A DNA stretch of 64,000 nt, from sequence record OR885871, one strand, 5' to 3'. Below the pieces are notes generated by a model. It was not told the DNA's origin. It saw only the letters and a program-made list of their open reading frames with translations, and made no database searches. Shown here in pieces: positions 27,557 through 36,903 of this stretch. The stretch's first letter is position 1, and every line of letters starts with the position of its first letter. Made by a program: the position numbers and the translations under genes. This stretch comes from Escherichia phage vB_EcoM_JN03.

Positions 27557-27567
27557 GGATTATCACG

Positions 27568-28359
27568 ATGGGTATGAATTTTGTAGACAGGGGTGATAAC
27601 GTCACCAAATATTTCACAGACGAAGATAATGACCGTGTTGTTGGAATATTGAGAGATTGGATTCCGGCTCGCAAAAAGGCTTTGGCCGAAGGAACACCCC
27701 TACCAAGAATCCCCAATTATGTGGCCATGAATGTTCAGATGATTATTAAGAACATGAGTATGCGCTACAACTATCGTGATTATCCATACCGCGAAGACAT
27801 GGTCAGTGAGGCCGTTGTCAACATCCTTCGTTACCTCCATACATTTGACGTCAGTCATATCGGCAAGAAAGGAAAAATCAATTTCTTCTCTTGGGTAACG
27901 ATGTGCGCCGACCGTTCATTCGCCAAGAAACTCACCAGTGAAGAAGAACACAATTATATCAAGTTGCGTTCATTTGAAGAAGCAGGTGGTTTCGCTGCAT
28001 TATCAGATGACCCAGACTTCCAGCAACAGACATTCGTAGACAGCACTGGTATAACAATGGACTTCCGTGAGCGTATCGGAAATTTTGAAACTAAGAAAGA
28101 AGCCCAGCGCGAAAAGGAACGCCAAAAGCAAATCGCCATCAAAGAAGAGGAAAAGAATAAGAAAATTCCTCGCGGTATACTTCAATGTCTCACAAAGAGT
28201 GAAAATACCATTACCGCCGACGCCGAAGATAATTCAGACTATGACTTCGGCTCTACTCAATTCAATCTGGAAGACGAAATATGTTCTATGGAACCAGATT
28301 GGGAAGAAGCAAAGAAACGAGCATTAGAACGGGAGCAACAAAATAATGGCGATTGCTAA
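27568..28359 (+). CDS. 55: late-promoter sigma factor (gp55-like) with extended charged C-terminus
   Basis: N-terminal about 150 aa resembles T4 gp55 as recalled (NYVAMNVQMII...AVVNILRYLHTFD...FFSWVTMCADRSFAKK); TATAAATA motifs upstream of minus-strand structural genes are consistent. Confidence 0.6.
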   Translation: MGMNFVDRGDNVTKYFTDEDNDRVVGILRDWIPARKKALAEGTPLPRIPNYVAMNVQMIIKNMSMRYNYRDYPYREDMVSEAVVNILRYLHTFDVSHIGKKGKINFFSWVTMCADRSFAKKLTSEEEHNYIKLRSFEEAGGFAALSDDPDFQQQTFVDSTGITMDFRERIGNFETKKEAQREKERQKQIAIKEEEKNKKIPRGILQCLTKSENTITADAEDNSDYDFGSTQFNLEDEICSMEPDWEEAKKRALEREQQNNGDC

Positions 28360-29461
28360 AATTGGCGATTTACATATCGGGAGCCGTAATGGTTCCCGTT
28401 ACGTTCGAGAATTCATAAAGAATTATCTCATCAATTATTTTATTCCAGAATTGGTTGACGCCGATATTAAAGAAGTGTGGCAATTTGGTGATACGTTTGA
28501 TGTTCGCAAATTCATGTATGGTCGTGATAAAGATTGGTTGAAAGATGAATTGACGCCAGCGCTGCGCAAAGCAGGTATTAAATGGAATGGCATCGTAGGC
28601 AACCATGATATCACGTTAGAAGAGTCCAATCGCATTAACTGGCCTTCTTATCTTAATGAATTGGCACCAGATGTTTATCATTATTACAGTGAACCAACTG
28701 AAGTAATGATTGAAGGTGTCAAGACCCTCCTACTGCCGTGGATTAACAAAGAGAACTATGATGCGTCCATTAAAGCGATACAAGATACAGACGCCAAGTA
28801 CTGTTTTGCGCATCTGGAGTTGGCAGGGTTCAAAATGTACCAGTCCTCTGTATGTGATAAAGGTCAGATCGACTTGGCGCTCCTTTCGAAATTCGAGCGC
28901 GTGGATACCGGACATTTCCATACCCGTTCGATGGAAGGTAACATTCAGTATATTGGGACTCCTTATCATCTTACCTGGGAAGACCACAAAGACGGGACGA
29001 ACCGAGGATTCTATGTAGACGACATGAATGGCGGGGAATTGTTTATCCCCAACAACGAACAACAAACGTTGTTCCGGTTCGTGGAATACGACTACACACA
29101 AATGTCTTCTGATACTGAAGGTAATTGGATCGACCCCGATTGGTTAAACAATGTTTTGGGCATTGAAGGGCAAATCGTTAAGGTGATTGTACAGAACCGT
29201 GACAATGCCAAGCATTATGAAAAGTTCTGTGACGCATTGAAGCGCTGTAAATGCATCGATTACAACTTCATCGATCGGACGATTACTGTTGCTTCCGAGA
29301 AGGTAGAAGTCACTGAAGAGATGGTGGCCACTGATGCTGTGGAAGTCCTGAAGAAAGATATCCGCGCCGCCAATAATATCCAGCGCCCTGAAAATGTTTG
29401 CAAATTAGCAGAACAATTCTATAATGCTGCCCAACAACGCCTGAACACATTGGATGCATAA
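28346..29461 (+). CDS. 47: Mre11/SbcD-like recombination nuclease (gp47-like)
   Basis: Phosphoesterase motifs GDLH, GDTFD, GNHD and GHFH in the canonical order. Confidence 0.85.
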   Translation: MAIAKIGDLHIGSRNGSRYVREFIKNYLINYFIPELVDADIKEVWQFGDTFDVRKFMYGRDKDWLKDELTPALRKAGIKWNGIVGNHDITLEESNRINWPSYLNELAPDVYHYYSEPTEVMIEGVKTLLLPWINKENYDASIKAIQDTDAKYCFAHLELAGFKMYQSSVCDKGQIDLALLSKFERVDTGHFHTRSMEGNIQYIGTPYHLTWEDHKDGTNRGFYVDDMNGGELFIPNNEQQTLFRFVEYDYTQMSSDTEGNWIDPDWLNNVLGIEGQIVKVIVQNRDNAKHYEKFCDALKRCKCIDYNFIDRTITVASEKVEVTEEMVATDAVEVLKKDIRAANNIQRPENVCKLAEQFYNAAQQRLNTLDA

Positions 29462-29463
29462 TA

Positions 29464-31797
29464 ATGAGCAATGTAGACCTATTATCAAAATTTGGTTCGC
29501 TGTTGAAAGAAGCGGACACTCCTGTTTCTGTTGAAGCACCATTTGAAATCCGTGGGGAAATTACCCACAAACTGACTTTCCATCGCGGTCGCGCTAAAAA
29601 CTTCCGTTCCATCGGTAATGAATTCATGGAAATTGATTACCAACGCAATTCGGCAACCTTGGTTACATCCGATGACAATGGGGCGGGCAAATCTACAATG
29701 CTTGTTTGGCTGTTGTTCTTCGTTCTGTATAATGACACATACAGCAAGAAAGAAAAGAAAGCCGGATTAGTCAATTCCCAAAACAAAAAGGAATGCGTGG
29801 GTGAAGTTGAGTTCTCTACTCGCGGAAGTGAATGGAAAGTCCGTCGTGGTATCAAACCTGATTTCGTAGAAGTCTATCAGATGGTAGACGGTGAGTGGAA
29901 GAAGGTCGTGAATGATGCGGCCAAAGCCGACATGAACAAATATATCGTGAACCTGATTGGCGTAGACCAGAAGATGTTTGAGAACTCCCTGGTTCTGGGC
30001 AAAGAGAAGTTCATCCCATTCACGGAAATGTACACTGCCGACCGTCGCGCTATGGTAGAGACAATCTGGGATTTGGGGTTCTTCAGTCTGATGAATGAAG
30101 ATGTAAAAGCATCTATCAAGACAGTAACGAATGAACTCACGACGGTCACCAATGATTACGCCTTTCATGATGTGAATCTAAAAGGCCAGCAAGCGCAGTT
30201 GGAACAGATCAATAATTCCAATGCGATGATCCAGCAACAATCTGCGGATATTCTTGTCCAAGAGAAGGAACGTCTGAATAGCCTGAATTCAGATATCGGC
30301 GCAGTGCAGGAACAACTGACAGAGTCCCGTGCTCAAGACTCTAAATTGGAATCAGAATTATCAGATGTTCGAAATAGACTGAATGCCGAAATGAAAGGGG
30401 ATATCGATGCCATCAATGAAGAGTATGCGGCCAAAATCCAAGCGGTTCAGGATGAGGCTGATACCAAGGCTGAAGACTATGAGCGTATCGAGGTGTCTGA
30501 TGGCGAACGTTCATTACAAGAAATTCGGGAGAGAATGGCGGTAGTCGCGGAACGTAAAAATGATCTGGTCAGCCAACGGAATGCTAACCTGGATGAACTG
30601 AACAAAGCATTAGCGCGGCGTCAGCAGGGTGAGAACTTCCGTATCAAATTCGTAACAGAAATGGAAGGACATGAATCTGCCATCAAACGTTTCCACGATA
30701 TGGGCACTTGCCCTACGTGTACGCAATTAGTGTCGGACGATACCAAATCACGCATTGAAAGTCAATATTATCCACAAATCAGTGAACTGACTGACAAGAT
30801 TCTTCAGGTTGATACAGCCCTAGAAGAAGTGAATTCCCTGATTGAGAATTACAATGTCAGAGATTCAGAATTATCTTCTCAGATTTCGGTTATTGACAAA
30901 GAACTGGATGCTTTGCGCAATGAAATCCGAGAAGCGGAATCAGCGATCGCTACATTAAAACGCGACATCCAAGGATTCTATGATGTCGCTGCTGTTGAGA
31001 AAACATCTTTACAGCGGGAACAACAGTCCAAAATTAACGACGTCCTCAAGGCCGTAGACACCCGTTACGAAGATATCACGACGTCAATCCGTCAAGCGCG
31101 TGAGCAGCTCTCTAAGAGTATCAACGACACGGCTGATAAACTCACCAGCCTGAAATCACGCCGTGCCCCTCTGGAGGCATCCATTGCCGATTTAGAGCGT
31201 AAATTGGCGGTTAAGCCGACACCAACTGACGCCCTGGAAGGAGAGATCGCTCGCATCACGGCATTAATGGAAGATCTGAATGCGCGGCGCGTAGAGTTGG
31301 ATGAGAAATTGCAAGACCTGAACCATCTTCTGTTCTTCCTAAAAGATGATCAGACCAAGGCTCGAATTATCAGCCTGTATTTGCCTTTCCTCAATAGTAA
31401 AATAAACGAGTATCTTGAAGCACTCAATATGTTCTTGGATATTGCTGTTGATGATACATTTGAAATCACCATGAGCGCTGCAGGTCGTAAAGGGCAAAGC
31501 ATCTTCTCGTTATCTACTGGTCAGCGTAGTCGCCTGAACCTGGCTGTGACATTAGCTTTACGAGATGTTGCAAACCTCAAGGCGTCGGTGCAATGTAACC
31601 TGTTTGTGCTAGATGAAATCCTTGAGAACATGAGCGAGCGCGGCGTACAAGAATCGGTTGAGATGCTGAAGCATAAATTTGGCGGGAACAATCTGTTCGT
31701 TATCAGTCAACGCGAGCAGGAATTCCAAGAGTATTTCCAACACAACATCCGTTATGGTCTGCGTAATGGCATGACTGAAGTGATTAAGAAGGATTGA
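29464..31797 (+). CDS. 46: Rad50/SbcC-like ATPase (gp46-like)
   Basis: N-terminal Walker A DDNGAGKST, long coiled-coil middle with a CPTC zinc hook, C-terminal signature LSTGQRSRL and Walker B LFVLDE. Confidence 0.85.
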   Translation: MSNVDLLSKFGSLLKEADTPVSVEAPFEIRGEITHKLTFHRGRAKNFRSIGNEFMEIDYQRNSATLVTSDDNGAGKSTMLVWLLFFVLYNDTYSKKEKKAGLVNSQNKKECVGEVEFSTRGSEWKVRRGIKPDFVEVYQMVDGEWKKVVNDAAKADMNKYIVNLIGVDQKMFENSLVLGKEKFIPFTEMYTADRRAMVETIWDLGFFSLMNEDVKASIKTVTNELTTVTNDYAFHDVNLKGQQAQLEQINNSNAMIQQQSADILVQEKERLNSLNSDIGAVQEQLTESRAQDSKLESELSDVRNRLNAEMKGDIDAINEEYAAKIQAVQDEADTKAEDYERIEVSDGERSLQEIRERMAVVAERKNDLVSQRNANLDELNKALARRQQGENFRIKFVTEMEGHESAIKRFHDMGTCPTCTQLVSDDTKSRIESQYYPQISELTDKILQVDTALEEVNSLIENYNVRDSELSSQISVIDKELDALRNEIREAESAIATLKRDIQGFYDVAAVEKTSLQREQQSKINDVLKAVDTRYEDITTSIRQAREQLSKSINDTADKLTSLKSRRAPLEASIADLERKLAVKPTPTDALEGEIARITALMEDLNARRVELDEKLQDLNHLLFFLKDDQTKARIISLYLPFLNSKINEYLEALNMFLDIAVDDTFEITMSAAGRKGQSIFSLSTGQRSRLNLAVTLALRDVANLKASVQCNLFVLDEILENMSERGVQESVEMLKHKFGGNNLFVISQREQEFQEYFQHNIRYGLRNGMTEVIKKD

Positions 31798-31799
31798 AC

Positions 31800-31973
31800 A
31801 TGAACTGGGATCATCTGTGGTTGGCTATCAGTGTCTTTATGTTCTTTGATGCGTTGTTGGGAACGTACGAGATGAGTAGGGAGTCCAGAGTCGGGGTGAT
31901 GGTTTGTTGTTCCCTTATCGGCGTGGTATCCCTTTATTTCGCTATTGGGTTTGCCGCAGAGATCTTCAAATGA
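31800..31973 (+). CDS. small membrane protein, about 57 aa (absent from the ORF track)
   Basis: ATG 3 nt after the gp46 stop with AAGAAGGA RBS; hydrophobic MNWDHLWLAISVFMFF...GVMVCCSLIGVVSLYFAIGF; stop overlaps the next ATG (ATGA). Confidence 0.35.
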   Translation: MNWDHLWLAISVFMFFDALLGTYEMSRESRVGVMVCCSLIGVVSLYFAIGFAAEIFK

Positions 31974-32299
31974 AAGTTGTCCACTTCAAGAAGGAACCAT
32001 ACGACGTCTACATTGGCCGTCCTGGCAAATGGGGAAACCCGTTCGAGGTCAAAGACCACGGGCGGGGAAACTGTATTGAGTTGTTTGAAGACGACTTGTA
32101 TGTGCGCCTGATTGAAGGGGATATCACCGAAGATGAACTCCTTGAATTAGATGGAAAGACCTTGGGATGCTGGTGTAAGCCGCGCCCATGTCATGGAGAT
32201 GTTTATGTCAAAGTGATCGGTCGTATTAAACTATTCCGTAAGTTGGGTAAATCTTTTACTGAATATTTGAGACAAACATATGTCAGAAGAGAAAGATGA
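31970..32299 (+). CDS. DUF4326-like protein
   Basis: GRPGKWGNPF near the N-terminus and GCWCKPRPCHGDV match what I recall as the DUF4326 signature. Confidence 0.45.
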   Translation: MKVVHFKKEPYDVYIGRPGKWGNPFEVKDHGRGNCIELFEDDLYVRLIEGDITEDELLELDGKTLGCWCKPRPCHGDVYVKVIGRIKLFRKLGKSFTEYLRQTYVRRER

Positions 32300-32564
32300 A
32301 ATTCAGATTGCTTGTGATATCGCTGTCGAGTTATGGAATCAGCGAAACAAACATTATCAGGTGACGTTGACCCCAAAGCGTTATCTAGAGCAAGGTGGCT
32401 TAATAGTCGTTGATGCCGTGTTAGGTTTCAACAAATATACTGACATGCAAATCTTGGACGGGGATTTCACTATTGCTTCCAATACAGCTTGGGATGATCC
32501 TATGGAATTTGTCTACGGTTGGTTGGAATGCATAGAGGAATCATACCATCTGATCTACGAATAA
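32280..32564 (+). CDS. hypothetical protein, 94 aa
   Basis: ATG start overlapping the upstream gene; terminator follows. Confidence 0.45.
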   Translation: MSEEKDEIQIACDIAVELWNQRNKHYQVTLTPKRYLEQGGLIVVDAVLGFNKYTDMQILDGDFTIASNTAWDDPMEFVYGWLECIEESYHLIYE

Positions 32565-32566
32565 GG

Positions 32567-32600
32567 TGAAGGGCACTAAATATCACGTGCCCTTTATCTT
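32567..32600 (+). terminator. rho-independent terminator
   Basis: GGGCAC-loop-GTGCCC hairpin followed by TTTATCTTTT. Confidence 0.6.
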
Positions 32601-32661
32601 TTAACCCTGTCAGGAGGCTCCAGCGAGCTGCAAGTCGACAAACCACATAAGGAACGCCATC

Positions 32662-33276
32662 ATGACGATGACAACGTTGAAGGCCATGGCCTTGTCCGTG
32701 ACCTTTACCATTGCCAGCGGGAATGTGCACGCTTCCCAAAATACAAGTCAATGTGTTTATGATTTCTCTGAGCAACAACTTAATACGCTGGCAACTGCCT
32801 ATCACATAGGCAAGACGCAAGACCTTGGTTATACTCTGGCCGCCATATCTTGGCGAGAGAGCCGCGCTGGTGAAGATGTAGTGTCAATGCGATACGGTCT
32901 CAAGGCGGCCAACATGGGAGCCTTTCAGAACAAGGTGAAGACAGTTGGTGATCGCGAGGGTTGTAAGAATCGCAAGTGCTATGCCAATGTCGCCATCAAG
33001 TTGTTGACCGACCAAGAATATGCCGCGCAAGCCGCCCTCGATGAGATGCAGTTCTGGCTGACCTATCACAAGCAGAATGTACGCAAGTCTCTTTCCTCTT
33101 ACAATGCTGGCTTCGCCCGTAATCCCGCATCGAACGCCTATGCCGCCGACGTCGTGAAGAAAGCTAAATATCTTCAGAAATGTGTGTCCTTCAAAGGGCG
33201 TTCCATCTCTGAGGTGGATCCTCAGGTGATCGCCATGAACAAGCGCACGATAGAGAAACTGAAGAGGACAAGATAA
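32662..33276 (+). CDS. secreted lytic transglycosylase-like protein (SLT motifs)
   Basis: Signal peptide MTMTTLKAMALSVTFTIASGNVHA; family-1 LT-like motifs ES (ISWRESRAGE), GxxQ (MGAFQ) and YNAG; elevated GC and different codon preference from neighbours. Confidence 0.55.
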   Translation: MTMTTLKAMALSVTFTIASGNVHASQNTSQCVYDFSEQQLNTLATAYHIGKTQDLGYTLAAISWRESRAGEDVVSMRYGLKAANMGAFQNKVKTVGDREGCKNRKCYANVAIKLLTDQEYAAQAALDEMQFWLTYHKQNVRKSLSSYNAGFARNPASNAYAADVVKKAKYLQKCVSFKGRSISEVDPQVIAMNKRTIEKLKRTR

Positions 33277-33914
33277 TGAACATCACTCCATCCCAGACCG
33301 GATATGAACATATCTTGGTCTTCATTGCCCTACAGGGTGCGAAGGAAGGCATCATCGTATCCGAGTATTCAGGTACGGTTCGCCTTGCTGACTACGTCGC
33401 GCCGGAGGCATTCATTAAGAAGTGCATTGATGCATGGTGCCTCTATGCCCTCGGCACGTATCCTGCTCCTCCTGATGGCGAGCTGTTGTTTACCGTACCG
33501 ACTCCGGCTGCTGGCGATACAGACGCGATCTTTGCCGATATGCTGGCCAAGGGGTATCTGGTGTATGACATAACTCACGATGTCTATTCCTTCACCTCCC
33601 TGAACACTGTGTTTGGGTTCACCATAACCTCTGAAGCCAACATCCCTGACTGGGGTATCTTGGCCTGGGGTGTTGACGGCCTGGGCGCAACCTACGCAAC
33701 GTCTGATGTTGGTCCTGTTCTGATTGATGAGGGTGTAACCATGGAGCAGTACCTTGCTCAGTTCCCCCAACACAACATCACGGGTAGCGATATCATTTTG
33801 GTCCAGCCTGGCGCTGTTGCCCTCCCCCGCCTCGTGGACGGATGGAAGCCTCAGCTGAAGGACATCATTGCAGGGATCAGGTCCCATATTCCTGTGGTGA
33901 ACCCAACACCGTAA
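33276..33914 (+). CDS. hypothetical protein, 212 aa (GC-rich islet)
   Basis: TAATG coupling to the transglycosylase gene; shares its GC-rich composition. Confidence 0.5.
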   Translation: MNITPSQTGYEHILVFIALQGAKEGIIVSEYSGTVRLADYVAPEAFIKKCIDAWCLYALGTYPAPPDGELLFTVPTPAAGDTDAIFADMLAKGYLVYDITHDVYSFTSLNTVFGFTITSEANIPDWGILAWGVDGLGATYATSDVGPVLIDEGVTMEQYLAQFPQHNITGSDIILVQPGAVALPRLVDGWKPQLKDIIAGIRSHIPVVNPTP

Positions 33915-33928
33915 AATAATTCAATAAA

Positions 33929-33972
33929 AGGGGCTTTCGCCCCTTTACTTCTTCAATATCCTTCCCTATACT
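33929..33972 (+). promoter_or_regulatory. terminator hairpin fused to early promoter (CTTTAC, N17, TATACT)
   Basis: AGGGGC-tttc-GCCCCT hairpin then TTTACT 33944-33949, 17-nt spacer, TATACT 33967-33972. Confidence 0.55.
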
Positions 33973-34020
33973 TCATTCCATAAGCAGTACGACACCAACT
34001 TGAAACGAAGGAACTATATT

Positions 34021-34380
34021 ATGGCTATCACCACAAAAACTGAATTGAACGCGATCCTGAAAGAAGCTGGCTTCGGTAGTATCAAACGCCAGGGCAAGGT
34101 TTTACGCGATGGCGGTAAAATCGTAAAGGGTATCATGTTGGGAAGTACTGGCCCGTTGAGCATCAGCTCCCCTCAGTATGACAATCTTCGTAAACTGGCG
34201 CGTGAACTTCTCCAAGAAGACCTCCATATCACGACGCAAGAAACCAATTATGTGGTTTTGGAATGCAACAAATTCATCGTCAGCCTTTACATCTGCAGCA
34301 CCCGCTCATATCCGGTGTCTGAAGGTTATGACCCAATGTATCTGACCCATTATGCTCAGGTTACTGTCAAAGTAAAATAA
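34021..34380 (+). CDS. hypothetical protein, 119 aa
   Basis: GAAGGAA RBS; terminator-like hairpin downstream. Confidence 0.45.
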   Translation: MAITTKTELNAILKEAGFGSIKRQGKVLRDGGKIVKGIMLGSTGPLSISSPQYDNLRKLARELLQEDLHITTQETNYVVLECNKFIVSLYICSTRSYPVSEGYDPMYLTHYAQVTVKVK

Positions 34381-34464
34381 TCAAATTCAACGGGGGGCTT
34401 CGGCTCCTCTTTTGTTTTCGCTAATTAAGGAAAACCGCACCGATTTATTATCAGGAGAATTACA

Positions 34465-36852
34465 ATGGCCATCCCATCTTTCTTGAACTTTCTTGAAGAG
34501 TCTAAACAATTAGACGAAGCGTTTAACTCATCCCCGTATGAATTGACATTCGGCAAGAAGAACGCTGGTGACATTTTCTTCACATTTGTTGATGAAGACG
34601 AAAAAGAATTCCGTATTCAATTCTATACCCCACAAGGTCTAGGCAAGAATGTTCGCCAAGTCTTTATCGGTCAGAAGCGTGGTTCCACATATCCCGATGC
34701 CATCGGTCGTTTCAAGAATCCAATGCGTGTTATCGCATCCATGATTGAAGCAACAAAGCAATTCATGGCGACGCCTTTGGGGAAAACCATTGACGGCTTT
34801 GCAATTAACTTCTCCAAGAAAGCATTGGAGCGTGGTGTTACCCTCCTGCCGAAGATTATCCGTCAGTCCGGCCTGAAGCAAAAGCTCAATGTCATGGACC
34901 TGACGTATACCCCTATCCCTGATCGTGCATTCGTATGGGTTGTGCGTAAAGGCAAGGATCCTGCTCAGGTATTCGATGGTCCGAAAATGAAAGGTGTCAC
35001 ATGGGATGATCCGGACAAAGTCGGTGACGTCCCGGTTCAGAACAATACTCCGGATGTGGGAGTTGTGGCTGGTTCTTCTGAAATCGAAGTCAACCGCGAT
35101 GACAACGGTTGGAAACTCACCAAAGCTAGTCGTACTCAGCCTATGCTGGTCTGGTCTGGTAAAGAACGTGGGCGGACTATTACCGCCAATATCGCACCTC
35201 ACGCGGATATACCTGGGGTGTATGCTGGTAGTATCATGAACGAGAAACGGATCCGCGCTCAATCTCCAGACGCTATTGTACGCCAACTGGGATTACCGCA
35301 GATCCCTGTGAATATTCTGAATGATTTCACCAAGCAGTCGTCCATCTTCTGGAAAGAGATGACGGGGGATTCTGGAAAAATAGACATGCAGAATTTGCCA
35401 AAAACAGGATCTGTGGATGACTTACGAAATCAGGGTTATATTGCTCGCCTTCTGGGGATTGTAGACACATATGCTCCACAACAGGTCGGTATGTATGCAG
35501 GTGAAAAACTAACACGAATCGGCGCGGGCAAATATCGTACTTCGGGTGGTCTGGACATTCAGGTTTATTTCTGGGGAATTGTCAACGGAAAACTTTCTGT
35601 AGAAGTAGTATCAGATTTGTCTGGTCATGACCAACTTATGCTGGAAGGAGATGTGAAAAACGCCGCTTATGAAATAGTGGGCGCAATCTCCCGTGCAGCC
35701 GATTCTCAATTTGCTGGAGAAGTAGAATGCCGTGTGGTTCCGATCAATGGTGCCCCATATCCGATTCAAAAAATTTCCCGTTCTCAGGGATATTCTTACG
35801 TTGATTGTGGTTCTTTCACATTGAAGATCGCTGACGCTCTGCTGAATCGGTTTACCTTGGGCAAGGCGGTCAAACTTGATCTGATGAAAGAGTTTCCTCG
35901 TACAACATTCAAAGTCCGCTATGATTGGCGTGGAAAAGATACTCTGTTGGTTCAATCTTCCGACGAGCGTACTATCTTTGGTGAAATCAACACCAATTCC
36001 AGTGAAAATGCAGTGATCACTGCAAACATCAAAGTGCCAAGCAATGCTAAATTTTTTGGTGAAACCGTTCATGGCTTCTCTGTAGCGTGGGATTTCCAGT
36101 TCCCTGCTGGTAGCAAGTTGCAAGCCGCAAGATTCGTTACCAACGTAACTTACGATTTTGATCGAAACAAAGCCAACATCACCACCATGTTGGCTGAAAA
36201 TGGTCGAAATGTAGTAGACAGCAATGGATATGATATTTCGTTGTCTGTCAAATCAGTGCAAGATGCATTGGATGAGATTTCTCGACGCCTGAAAGACGCG
36301 GCTTCGCAACTGAGCCACCTCAGTTCATCAAACTATAACCCTAACAATCTATTCCTGAATGACATCACTGTCAGTAAATTTGGCGCAATTATGTTCCAAG
36401 ACAAAGATTTGGCACAGTCCAGGAACCGCACGGCAGTCATTGATGCTCTGGCTCGGGCTAAAGATCAGGCTGCTGGAGGTAAGAATGCAGGTGATCTGGC
36501 CACCTATGCCGAATCCATTCGTGACAGCGCTCCTAATGGACGAGATCTGGATTGGCAGGTATACACAGCCAGTAATGGTACAGTTCTGAATGTTGCTTGG
36601 GATATCACTTTCCGTCGCAATACGACCGAAGGAGCATATCGTGAATTCAAGGATCAGATCAACCGTGCCAACCAATACCTGCAAACGGTATACAACGACG
36701 CGAAATCTAAAGGCTATAATCCTACCGTGCCAAATCTCATGACTCTTGAACGCGCTCGCCAATCCGACGAATGGGCTATGAGTAATGGCGATAGTGCATA
36801 CAGTGAATATGAACAATCGCTGGGCGGTAATCTTCAGATTAGTCTGAAATAA
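34465..36852 (+). CDS. large hypothetical protein, 795 aa
   Basis: AGGAGA RBS; contains LGLPQIPVNILNDF, echoed at the C-terminus of the next-but-one protein. Confidence 0.65.
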   Translation: MAIPSFLNFLEESKQLDEAFNSSPYELTFGKKNAGDIFFTFVDEDEKEFRIQFYTPQGLGKNVRQVFIGQKRGSTYPDAIGRFKNPMRVIASMIEATKQFMATPLGKTIDGFAINFSKKALERGVTLLPKIIRQSGLKQKLNVMDLTYTPIPDRAFVWVVRKGKDPAQVFDGPKMKGVTWDDPDKVGDVPVQNNTPDVGVVAGSSEIEVNRDDNGWKLTKASRTQPMLVWSGKERGRTITANIAPHADIPGVYAGSIMNEKRIRAQSPDAIVRQLGLPQIPVNILNDFTKQSSIFWKEMTGDSGKIDMQNLPKTGSVDDLRNQGYIARLLGIVDTYAPQQVGMYAGEKLTRIGAGKYRTSGGLDIQVYFWGIVNGKLSVEVVSDLSGHDQLMLEGDVKNAAYEIVGAISRAADSQFAGEVECRVVPINGAPYPIQKISRSQGYSYVDCGSFTLKIADALLNRFTLGKAVKLDLMKEFPRTTFKVRYDWRGKDTLLVQSSDERTIFGEINTNSSENAVITANIKVPSNAKFFGETVHGFSVAWDFQFPAGSKLQAARFVTNVTYDFDRNKANITTMLAENGRNVVDSNGYDISLSVKSVQDALDEISRRLKDAASQLSHLSSSNYNPNNLFLNDITVSKFGAIMFQDKDLAQSRNRTAVIDALARAKDQAAGGKNAGDLATYAESIRDSAPNGRDLDWQVYTASNGTVLNVAWDITFRRNTTEGAYREFKDQINRANQYLQTVYNDAKSKGYNPTVPNLMTLERARQSDEWAMSNGDSAYSEYEQSLGGNLQISLK

Positions 36853-36903
36853 GTCATAGCCCCTTCGGGGGCTAAATACATCAAAATCCTTAGGAGATCC
36901 ACG

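Noticed and set aside
28067-28327. 86-aa basic ORF in an alternative frame within the gp55-like gene
   Set aside because: Falls in a low-complexity charged region where alternative frames stay open by chance; no independent RBS. Kept only as a caveat about the gp55 C-terminal extension.
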